A stretch of 37,301 nt of DNA from an uncultured Candidatus Bathyarchaeia archaeon (GTDB lineage Archaea; Thermoproteota; Bathyarchaeia; Bathyarchaeales; DTEX01), in the NCBI GenBank assembly GCA_964411115.1, contig CAYPJR010000003.1, forward strand, positions 1 through 37,301, read 5' to 3'. A program made the translations under genes and the position numbers. This document shows positions 19,197 to 27,725 of the stretch, one piece after another; the first letter of the stretch is position 1; every line of letters begins with the position of its first letter. Under the pieces are notes generated by a model, which saw only the letters and a program-made list of their open reading frames with translations, searched no databases and was not told the DNA's origin.

Positions 19197-19353
19197 TCAA
19201 TTTTCAGGGCTTAAGTCGCTTCTTATTTTTCATGAATATGAAGCTAATGATGAAACCCGATTCTCCTGAGGATTTATGAAATAAGCGAAATAACTTCATT
19301 AGCGCAAAGAAATTTTATATGTTTCATTGAAAGTCTTCTTTCAGATGGTTATT

Positions 19354-20622
19354 CTACCAGATGCTTCTTTTTTGTGTGATCCATTCTAAATATGCTTTTA
19401 GACGGATCATTGAGTAATATGGCCTATATATGAGAGTCATTATTGGAACTAAGTATATGTTTCTTAGAAGCCTTTTTCTCGGCGAAAGAGCTTCAGCCGC
19501 TAATACCATAATCAATTCTATTATCAGATAAATAGTGACGCTTAGGAGCATAATGTATAGCAGGGCTTGTTGCATGTAAATAAATATGTAGATGAACCAG
19601 CCTAGGCGTATGAATAAGAGAAGTATATCCATAATGACCATGTCATAAACGGCTAAGATTAACATCGGATCAAATCTCCTACTGAAAAATATGTTTCGAT
19701 GCTTCCATAGGCTTTCTATCTGACCTCTAGACCATCTGGTCCTTTGCCTTCTCCAGTCACGCCAAGTTTCAGGCGTAAATGTCCATGAAACAGCTTTATC
19801 GGCAAATGCAAGCCTTTTACCTAGCTTCCTAACCTTCAATGTTATGTCGAAGTCCTCGGTTATGGTGTCGCTATCATATTGGCCAAGCGAGACAACATGC
19901 TCCTTCCAGAAGGATCCGAAAGCGCCTGAAATTATGAGCAAAGTATTTATTAGCGCGTTGAAGCGTCTTCCAAGTTCAAGCGAGACTAGATACTCATAAG
20001 CTTGCAGTTTAACCAGCAAATTGTTTGCTCCATGCTCACCCCGCAGAACCATAACATTTCCTGAGACGGCGCTGACTCTTGGATCGCTTAGGGGCTTAAC
20101 TATCTCCTTTAAAGCGTCTCTCTCAATTAAAGTATCTGCGTCAACGGTCACTATTATGTCCCCGGTGGCGAAAAGTAGGCCGAAATTTAACGCTCCAGCT
20201 TTTGATCCGCTTGCAACATCCCGGCGGAAGAGCTTAATTAAACCTTTCTTAGCGTATGAATATGCTAGCTCATATGTTCTATCGCTTGATCCATCATCGA
20301 CAACTATTACTTCTTTATTATCATAATCAGCCTCTAAAGCCGCCTCTATCGCTCTAACAATGATCTTCTCCTCGTTATGAGCCGGTATTATCAGCGAAAT
20401 CTTAGGTGAAAAGTCTCGAGTAACATGGCATCCCGGCTTGATCCTACGGTACAATGAGTGGAGTAAGAGGATTAGGCATTTGCCAATTGAACGCGTAAAA
20501 TCGAAAATTATTAGGGGCCAAAAAATCATAAAGAAATCAGCGAGAGTTAAGCTGTGAAGCCAAGTGTTAAAGCCATCAATAAAAGGGTTTAGGATGGAGA
20601 GGAAATCCGCCGGGGAGAGCAT
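19354..20622 (-). CDS. processive GT2 glycosyltransferase (PgaC/IcaA/cellulose-synthase-like)
   Basis: PAHNEE, VDDGSSD, KAGALN, DAD, SGA, TED, QRTRW, plus N- and C-terminal TM helices. Confidence 0.9.
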   Translation of the reverse strand: MLSPADFLSILNPFIDGFNTWLHSLTLADFFMIFWPLIIFDFTRSIGKCLILLLHSLYRRIKPGCHVTRDFSPKISLIIPAHNEEKIIVRAIEAALEADYDNKEVIVVDDGSSDRTYELAYSYAKKGLIKLFRRDVASGSKAGALNFGLLFATGDIIVTVDADTLIERDALKEIVKPLSDPRVSAVSGNVMVLRGEHGANNLLVKLQAYEYLVSLELGRRFNALINTLLIISGAFGSFWKEHVVSLGQYDSDTITEDFDITLKVRKLGKRLAFADKAVSWTFTPETWRDWRRQRTRWSRGQIESLWKHRNIFFSRRFDPMLILAVYDMVIMDILLLFIRLGWFIYIFIYMQQALLYIMLLSVTIYLIIELIMVLAAEALSPRKRLLRNIYLVPIMTLIYRPYYSMIRLKAYLEWITQKRSIW

Positions 20623-20714
20623 TGGGAATTGCGCCTCAAATATAAATAATGGCTGAAGAGCGCTGCGCTAATGTTGGAATACTACTATTGACCACCCTTA
20701 TACGATTATTTTTC

Positions 20715-21785
20715 TCAAAAAATGACGTTAGAGGCATTCTCAAAATTCCCTTTAAAGTTAACAGCGCTCGGCCTACCGATTTTGAATACTAATGATAGGC
20801 GATCGTATCCTTTACGCGTTAACCTATATTGGAAAATCGTTTTAAGGCTTGCCTCATCAATTTCAAAGCTTTTTCCACAGCTTAAACACTTAAAGTTGAA
20901 TGTTGGCAGACTGAATAAATGCCCACTTGAACATTTAAATAGTATTCCAACTTTTCTGTAGTCAACGCCCATCTGTCTGACTTTTTTACCGCATTTGGGG
21001 CATGTAAGCGCTCCCTCATCCTTCTCGAAGTTAAATTTGAAGTCTACCCCTCCACAGTTCATATGCTCCATGGCTTCGCCCTTAATCAGATTACCGCTTC
21101 CACACTGAGGGCATTGGAGTAGAAGATTCGGTTTTAATGAGCCGCAGTATGGACATGCCAATGCTGAATATAATGGTTTGGCCTCAGCGAAACCTGCCTT
21201 AACCAGCTCGTCCAGTGCCGAGAGCAACTCTTCAAAATGAAGATGATGACTCTGCTCCGATAAATATTCTATTTCATCAGCGCTCAGCGCCTCATGCGCT
21301 GAGAAAAGCTCAGCTATATTTAGGGCAGCTTCAACATTGATATTTTTTGGGAGGCTGATTTCTAACGCCGTCTCTTCTATAGCCTTTATTAGCCTGTCAA
21401 AGTCAGCTTCGTCTTTAATTATATAGTCTTTTGCGCCGCGCTTCATGGCTTCAACGGCGACCCGCTCATCGCCTTTTCCAGTAATTAGTATAACTGGCGT
21501 TTTAATATTTAGTTTCTTCAGCCTTTCAAGAAACTCAAGTCCAGACATCCCTGGAAGTTTATAGTCTAAAATTATAAGGTCGAAGCTATCTTCATTCACT
21601 TTTCTTAGCCCATCGAATCCATCGCTTGCAGTTACTAATTCAAAGTTTATTTTGCTCTTCTTCTCTAATAAACGCTTAAAGATCACCCGATCATCTTCAG
21701 CATCCTCAACGTATAATATTCTAATTTTATTCAATATTTTATTGAAATATGAATCATCTATTAAAGGCTCGTTTGGATCCTCCAT
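20715..21785 (-). CDS. response regulator: REC domain plus Cys-rich TackOD1-type output domain
   Basis: ILYVED, LDYKLPGMSG, ITG, GA.DYIIK, then CPYC, CPQC, EHMNC, CPKC, CSSGH and CLSC motifs. Confidence 0.85.
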   Translation of the reverse strand: MEDPNEPLIDDSYFNKILNKIRILYVEDAEDDRVIFKRLLEKKSKINFELVTASDGFDGLRKVNEDSFDLIILDYKLPGMSGLEFLERLKKLNIKTPVILITGKGDERVAVEAMKRGAKDYIIKDEADFDRLIKAIEETALEISLPKNINVEAALNIAELFSAHEALSADEIEYLSEQSHHLHFEELLSALDELVKAGFAEAKPLYSALACPYCGSLKPNLLLQCPQCGSGNLIKGEAMEHMNCGGVDFKFNFEKDEGALTCPKCGKKVRQMGVDYRKVGILFKCSSGHLFSLPTFNFKCLSCGKSFEIDEASLKTIFQYRLTRKGYDRLSLVFKIGRPSAVNFKGNFENASNVIF

Positions 21786-21810
21786 ATTAACACCTCCTTA
21801 AATCTTGCTC

Positions 21811-22254
21811 TCATTTAGTGGGGATCTCCGATGTTTCCAGCCAGTAACGCCTTATTTCCTCCATAACTTTTATAAACTCATCAAATTTCACGGGTTTCAC
21901 AACGTAACTATTGCAGCCCAACCTGTATGCTAATTCAATATCCTCATTTCTTTCCGATGATGTGAAAACAATGACTGGTAGGACCCTTAACTTCTCGTCT
22001 TTTTTCAGCTCCTTTAAAACTTCAAAGCCATTAACCCTCGGCATCTTCAGATCCAGCAGAATTAGAGAGGGTAGCGCGGCATCTCTATATTCACCCTCTC
22101 TTCTAAGAAATTTTAGGGCTTCTTCGCCATTATTGACAATTATTAATCTGCTTATGATTTTCGCTTTATTCATCGCTCTCCTAGTTATTAAGATATCGTC
22201 AGCGTCATCCTCAACCAGTAATATTGTGAAATGTGACGAATCATCTTTAACCAG
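21811..22254 (-). CDS. stand-alone response regulator receiver (Rcp1-like), probable CTG start
   Basis: The frame extends upstream of the listed ATG (22173) through the essential FTILLVEDD strand to CTG 22254. Motifs PSLILLDLKMP, FTSS and NSYVVKP. Confidence 0.88.
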   Translation of the reverse strand: MVKDDSSHFTILLVEDDADDILITRRAMNKAKIISRLIIVNNGEEALKFLRREGEYRDAALPSLILLDLKMPRVNGFEVLKELKKDEKLRVLPVIVFTSSERNEDIELAYRLGCNSYVVKPVKFDEFIKVMEEIRRYWLETSEIPTK

Positions 22255-23782
22255 AATCTTTCACCCCAAACTTTTTCGGTATGGTGAAATAGAATACGCT
22301 TCCCTTGCCGAAAACGCTCTCAACCCATATTCTTCCACCCCAGTTCTCAACGATCTTTTTGCATATTGCTAAACCAGCGCCGGTTCCCTCATACTCATCG
22401 CTTGAATGTAACCTTTCAAATAAATTAAAGAGTTTATTGAGATGTTCCTCCCTAATTCCAATGCCATTATCGCTAACTTTGAAAAGATACTCATCCGTTT
22501 TCTCTTCACATGAAACTTCAACCATTGGGGCTTCGGACTTATTAAACTTTAAACCATTATCTATCAAGTTTATGAATAACTGTTTTATCCAAACCCTCTG
22601 TATGTGAAGCACTGGCAGCCTATTAACGATTACCTTGCCATTTTTTCCATCAATGATGGGCTTAAAATCTTGAATAATCTCCTCTAAAAGATCATTTAAG
22701 TCAACTTTTTCGATCTCCATAAATTTGCGGCCGACACGTGAAAGAAGAAGTAAATCTTCAATGAATTCATTCATACGCGCTGCGGCAGCATCAATCCTTT
22801 TTAAATATTCTAGTCCCTCCCCATCTAGCTTCTCACCGTAATCTTCAAGAAGGAATGATATGAAGGATCTTATGGCGCGCAAGGGAGCTTTCAAGTCATG
22901 GGAAACAGCGTACGTGTAATTTTCCAGCTCCCTATTTGATCGCTTAAGTTCCTCTTGAACTCTTTGCAGCTCCTCTATGTGTCTCTTTAACTCAATGTTT
23001 GCATGTTCAAGTTTTCTTTCCATAAGTTTTAGGTCGGTGATATCTCTTGAAATTCCGACTAGACCTATTATTTTTCCATTTTCATCTTTTATTGGGATCT
23101 TTGTGGCGCTAACCCAGCGGGTTATCCCATCCCTGCTCCTAACTTCCTCAACTTTACCTATAAGCGCTTCCCCACTCCTCATTATCCTCTGCTCATCTTC
23201 ATAGGCTTCACGCGCAAAGTTCTCATCGTAAAAGTCAAAATCCGTCTTGCCAACAGCTTCTTCGGGATCATTTAAACCGAGTCTAATGGCTTTAGGCCTA
23301 TTAATCTTAATGAAGCGTGAATTCAAATCTTTAAAATATATTGCATCCGGTATATTGTCCATCAACATATTAAACATTTGCTGATCACGTTTCAGCGTAT
23401 CCAGAATCCTTTTTCTTTCAGAAATATCCCTTATAGATAAAATGGCGTCAGCGTTTCTCCCCGTTAAATCCCTTATGAAGTTTACAGAGATTTCCGCGGG
23501 GATTTCACGTTTATCTTCTGCTACAAAATTAACTTCAATATTTGTTAGTTTACATCCGCTATTCAAAACATCCACGATCTTTGTTTGATCATTTTTAGCA
23601 ATAAAGTCAAGTATTGATCTGTTTAAAACGCCATCTTTCGATTTACATCTACAAAACTCTAAAAATGCCTTATTGCAATCGGTAATTATGCTGTTAGAAT
23701 TAATAATTAAGGTTGCCTCAGGATGCAGGTCGAAAATCAAATTTTTCTTTTTCATCTTGGCGGATGATTGAAGATCTTCCAT
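22247..23782 (-). CDS. cytoplasmic PAS-PAS sensor histidine kinase
   Basis: Two PAS/PAC units ending RDISE and RDITD, H-box VSHDLKAPL, N-box NLIDNGLKF, DNGIG, LFERLH, GTGAGLAI, GKGSVF. No TM segment. Start is 23782 (ATG) or 23824. Confidence 0.93.
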   Translation of the reverse strand: MEDLQSSAKMKKKNLIFDLHPEATLIINSNSIITDCNKAFLEFCRCKSKDGVLNRSILDFIAKNDQTKIVDVLNSGCKLTNIEVNFVAEDKREIPAEISVNFIRDLTGRNADAILSIRDISERKRILDTLKRDQQMFNMLMDNIPDAIYFKDLNSRFIKINRPKAIRLGLNDPEEAVGKTDFDFYDENFAREAYEDEQRIMRSGEALIGKVEEVRSRDGITRWVSATKIPIKDENGKIIGLVGISRDITDLKLMERKLEHANIELKRHIEELQRVQEELKRSNRELENYTYAVSHDLKAPLRAIRSFISFLLEDYGEKLDGEGLEYLKRIDAAAARMNEFIEDLLLLSRVGRKFMEIEKVDLNDLLEEIIQDFKPIIDGKNGKVIVNRLPVLHIQRVWIKQLFINLIDNGLKFNKSEAPMVEVSCEEKTDEYLFKVSDNGIGIREEHLNKLFNLFERLHSSDEYEGTGAGLAICKKIVENWGGRIWVESVFGKGSVFYFTIPKKFGVKDSG

Positions 23783-24106
23783 GATTTTGAAGGAAATCGA
23801 TTGAGTGTCTGAGGGCCAGCCCAATAACCTCTCAACCTCAGGCTGAAATAATTTCTAAAAAATAACTCTGGCAAAAGCCAGATAAGAATGTTAAGAATGA
23901 AAAATATGTATTGAAAATATGGAGGAGAAAACCTCAGCGGTTTAATAGCCATTATATTCCGCCCTTTTGCTACAGCTTTAATTTCTCCCTTCATCCTTTT
24001 GAGCATCTTTTCAATTGAGGATTATTGCTGATCTTCAATAGAAATGATTTTTAATATGATGCATTATAATATATCAGCCTTATGAAGGTTCCCAGAGCTG
24101 ATCCAG

Positions 24107-25276
24107 ATGGTTAAGGTGGCCATCTCTAAGGGTGAAGATATTAAGGCTAGGACTAAAAAGTCTCTTGAGGAGATAGGCGGAATTAATAAAGTGGTTGGTA
24201 AAGGAGATAAAGTCTTCATAAAGCCGAACATTGTTGATGGCGCTCCATTCATAACAGGTGAAGTTGTACAGATTGAAACCATTGAGGTTTTAGTTAAAGA
24301 ATCATTCGGCGCCGGAGCCTCAGAAGTGCTTATTGGGGAAACCCCAACATATAGGAAACATACTGAAACAATCAAGAGATACATGAGGCTTGCAAAGGAT
24401 ACTGGGGCGAAATTCTTAGAGTTAAACAATTATCCCTATGTGGAGGTAAACGTTGAGAATCCTCGCTTTTTTAATAAAGTTAGATTGTCCAGTTTCCTTC
24501 TGGAATCTGACGTATTCATTAATGTTCCTACCCTAAAAACCCACTTATCATGCGGCGTCACTTTAGCCATAAAAAACATGTACGGTTTAATTCCGCCGGA
24601 AGACAGAATGTTCTATCACTCCATAAATAGGGTTGAAGAAGCAATCGTCGATCTATATAAGGCTAGAAGAGCAGATTTAATCGTTATTGATGGAACATAT
24701 ACAACGTTACATTTAGGTCCTAGGCCGCTAGAAGATTTCAAAGAAACTTTTAGGCTTAACTTAACAATCGCCGGTTTTGATCCAGTTGCGGTAGAAACAG
24801 TTTCAGCGAAAATACTCGGCGTGGATCCATCATCTCTAAGATATCTCAAGTGGGCTGAGGAGGATGGTTTAGGAACTATGGACCTAAATCAAATCGAAAT
24901 AGTCGGCGTGCCTTTTGAAGAAGCTTACTTCGGAAAAGCCGTGGACATTGTGAAATACGTTAATGAGAGAATGGAGAATTCCAAAATAATAAATTTCGGC
25001 GCATGCACCGGTTGCCTGCAGATTTCAACGAGCGTTTGGCGCATGTCGAGAATTCTTCAATCCGCAGCTAAAGATAAGAGAATTATTTGCGTGATAGGTC
25101 CAAAAATAAAAACCGATGAGCTAAAGAAAAGTTTAGGGGGAGATGAAGTAATTATTCTGTGCGGATACTGCGCGGCTCCAACCTTTTATAATGGGCTTGA
25201 GGGCCACTTTATTCCGGGATGTCCACCTCAACCTGAAGATTTGCAACGTAAGATTAGGGAGGTGCTGAAACTTTAG
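24107..25276 (+). CDS. DUF362 domain Fe-S protein with C-terminal Cys-rich domain
   Basis: VFIKPN, INVPTLKTH, TLAIKNMYG, IDG, DPVA, plus C-terminal ACTGC, CGYC and PGCPP. Confidence 0.82.
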   Translation: MVKVAISKGEDIKARTKKSLEEIGGINKVVGKGDKVFIKPNIVDGAPFITGEVVQIETIEVLVKESFGAGASEVLIGETPTYRKHTETIKRYMRLAKDTGAKFLELNNYPYVEVNVENPRFFNKVRLSSFLLESDVFINVPTLKTHLSCGVTLAIKNMYGLIPPEDRMFYHSINRVEEAIVDLYKARRADLIVIDGTYTTLHLGPRPLEDFKETFRLNLTIAGFDPVAVETVSAKILGVDPSSLRYLKWAEEDGLGTMDLNQIEIVGVPFEEAYFGKAVDIVKYVNERMENSKIINFGACTGCLQISTSVWRMSRILQSAAKDKRIICVIGPKIKTDELKKSLGGDEVIILCGYCAAPTFYNGLEGHFIPGCPPQPEDLQRKIREVLKL

Positions 25277-25295
25277 TAAACATGGGAGGGATTAT

Positions 25296-26378
25296 ATGGA
25301 AAATATTTTCGTCTATATTGGAACCTATACCTCTGAAGGGGGTGAAGGAATATATATTTGCCGCATGGACCCGGAATCTGGAAGACTTGAAAGAATAGGG
25401 AAAGCAGCGAACGTGATAAATCCATCCTTTCTCACAGTGGATTCTAAACAACGCAATCTCTATGCCGTTAATGAGATTTCATTTTTCGCTGGAGAAAAAT
25501 CCGGCTCTGTAAGCGCCTTCTCAATAGATGAAAAAAGCGGCGAATTAACCCTACTAAATAGCAAATCTTCTAAAGGCGCCGGTCCATGCCATCTCTCCAT
25601 TGATAAAAAAGATCGCTATGTTCTCGTAGCAAATTATGTTGGCGGAAGCGTGTGCGTATTACCAGTAAATGATGATGGAAGTCTTGGGGAACCCGTAGAT
25701 TTCGTGCAACATAAAGGTTCAAGCGTAAATCCCAAGAGGCAGGAGGGACCCCACGCTCACTCAGTTACTGTAGGACCCAGCAACAAACACGTGTATGTTG
25801 CAGATCTAGGTTTAGACAAAGTGATGATATACGATTTCGACTCAAGCCGAGGGAAACTAACGCCTAACAATAATCAACCCTACGTTAAAACTAAACCCGG
25901 CGCTGGACCGCGCCACTTCACCTTTCACCCTAATGGTAAAATGGCATACCTCATAAATGAGCTTGACTCAACAATAGTTGCATATGTCTGCGACGATCAT
26001 GAAGGTTCACTTAAGGAGATACAAACAGTGCCTACATTACCGGATGACTTTAGGGGTATAAACTATGCGGCGGATATACATGTGACGCCTTCCGGAAAGT
26101 TCCTTTACGGTTCAAATCGGGGTCATGATAGCCTCGTAATTTATCAATTGGACGAAAGAACCGGTATGTTGAAATATATAGGGCATCAGCATACTTTAGG
26201 CAGGGTTCCACGTAATTTCACCATAGATTCTCTCGGAAGATTTCTGCTTGTAGCCAATCAGCGAAGCAACAATGTAGTGTCGTTACAAATAAACCCCGAA
26301 ACAGGATTGCTTGAGCCAACTGGACATGAAATACATGTGCCCTCGCCAGTATGCGTCAAAATAGTTCACTTCTCTTAA
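25296..26378 (+). CDS. pgl: lactonase, 7-bladed beta-propeller (6-phosphogluconolactonase Pgl/YkgB family)
   Basis: YIGTYT, NPSF, PCH, ANY, RQEGPHAH, DLGLD, GAGPRH, NEL, SNRGHDS, PRNF, ANQ. Confidence 0.9.
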   Translation: MENIFVYIGTYTSEGGEGIYICRMDPESGRLERIGKAANVINPSFLTVDSKQRNLYAVNEISFFAGEKSGSVSAFSIDEKSGELTLLNSKSSKGAGPCHLSIDKKDRYVLVANYVGGSVCVLPVNDDGSLGEPVDFVQHKGSSVNPKRQEGPHAHSVTVGPSNKHVYVADLGLDKVMIYDFDSSRGKLTPNNNQPYVKTKPGAGPRHFTFHPNGKMAYLINELDSTIVAYVCDDHEGSLKEIQTVPTLPDDFRGINYAADIHVTPSGKFLYGSNRGHDSLVIYQLDERTGMLKYIGHQHTLGRVPRNFTIDSLGRFLLVANQRSNNVVSLQINPETGLLEPTGHEIHVPSPVCVKIVHFS

Positions 26379-26496
26379 ACTTCATTTTTCATTTTGAAAA
26401 TTAATGTTTACTATATTAGCGCGCTTAAACGCTTGCTCATTAAAGACTTTTAAACTAAAAGTTTTACAGAGAAATGTAAAAAGAAGGTGGTTAGAT

Positions 26497-27612
26497 TTGA
26501 AAATAACTAAAATTGAGATGATGCATGTGAAACCTAGATGGTTATTCCTTAAGATGTATACTGATGAGGGACTGGTGGGCTATGGGGAGCCAACCCTCGA
26601 GGGCAGATCTAAAACTGTTGAGATGGCTGTGAAAGAGATGGAAAGATACCTTATAGGTGAGGATCCGTTAAAGATTGAACATCACTGGCAAGCCATGTAT
26701 AGAGGGACATTTTATCGCGGCGGCCCTGTCCTTACGAGCGCTATAAGCGGCATTGAACAAGCCATGTGGGATATTTTAGGTAAAAAATTAAAGGTGCCCA
26801 TTTATCAACTTTTAGGCGGAGCATGCCGAGAGAGGATCAGGATTTACGCGCATGTTGGTGGGCGTACTCCGGAAGAATGCGCTAAAGCAGCTTTAAGTAG
26901 GATGGAAGAAGGCTTCACCGCTTTAAAAACGGGATTATTTGAGGCTGTTAGGACCGTTGATTCCTTAAGCATAGTGAAGAAGGCTGTTGAAAAGTTTAAG
27001 GCAATTAGGGACGCTGTAGGAGACGATGTTGATATAGCCGTAGATTGCCATGGCAGATTAAGTCCAGCTATGGCTGTCCGAATGGCGAAGGCTCTGGAAC
27101 CCTACTATCCAATGTTTCTTGAGGAGCCATGCTTGCCTGAAAATGTTGATGTAATGGCTGCTGTCGCCCGCTCAACATCGATCCCGATAGCCACGGGAGA
27201 AAGATTATTCACTAAATGGGGATTCCGTGAGGTTCTCGAGAAACAAGCAGCATCAATTCTCCAGCCGGATGTATCGCACGCAGGCGGGATAATGGAATGT
27301 AAAAAGATAGCCGCTATGGCTGAAACTTATTATGCAGCAGTTGCGCCTCATTGCCCACTTGGTCCAATAGCCTTGGCAGCATGCATTCAGCTAGATGCTT
27401 GCACACCAAACTTTCTAATACAGGAGCAGGTGACCCTTGGCGAAGGATACCTCAAGAAACCCTTCGCCCTAAAAAATGGATATATAGATGTTCCGAAGGA
27501 GCCGGGACTTGGAATAGAGATAGATGAGGATCTTATAAGGGAGAAAATCTATAATGGCGAATGGGAAACCCCGCGCCTATATCACGAAGATGGTTCAGTG
27601 GCAGATTGGTGA
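26497..27612 (+). CDS. dgoD: galactonate dehydratase (mandelate racemase/enolase superfamily)
   Basis: MKITKIE..V.PRWLF, TFYRGGP..TSAISG, DCHGR, EEP, TGER, QPD, APHCPLGP, DGSVADW. TTG 26497 follows an AGGTGG RBS. Confidence 0.9.
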   Translation: MKITKIEMMHVKPRWLFLKMYTDEGLVGYGEPTLEGRSKTVEMAVKEMERYLIGEDPLKIEHHWQAMYRGTFYRGGPVLTSAISGIEQAMWDILGKKLKVPIYQLLGGACRERIRIYAHVGGRTPEECAKAALSRMEEGFTALKTGLFEAVRTVDSLSIVKKAVEKFKAIRDAVGDDVDIAVDCHGRLSPAMAVRMAKALEPYYPMFLEEPCLPENVDVMAAVARSTSIPIATGERLFTKWGFREVLEKQAASILQPDVSHAGGIMECKKIAAMAETYYAAVAPHCPLGPIALAACIQLDACTPNFLIQEQVTLGEGYLKKPFALKNGYIDVPKEPGLGIEIDEDLIREKIYNGEWETPRLYHEDGSVADW

Positions 27613-27725
27613 AATGTCCATTCAGCTACGGATTCAACGGGTCATTAACCCATCTTACCGTTAAGGCTAACATGAAATATGTCACAAAGATTAATTTTGG
27701 GAAATACCGTAAATAGATGCCACCT

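Noticed and set aside
23752-24006. 84-aa minus-strand ORF upstream of the kinase, possibly a frameshifted membrane sensor part
   Set aside because: No recognisable motif, AT-rich intergenic character, and the kinase is complete as a soluble PAS protein
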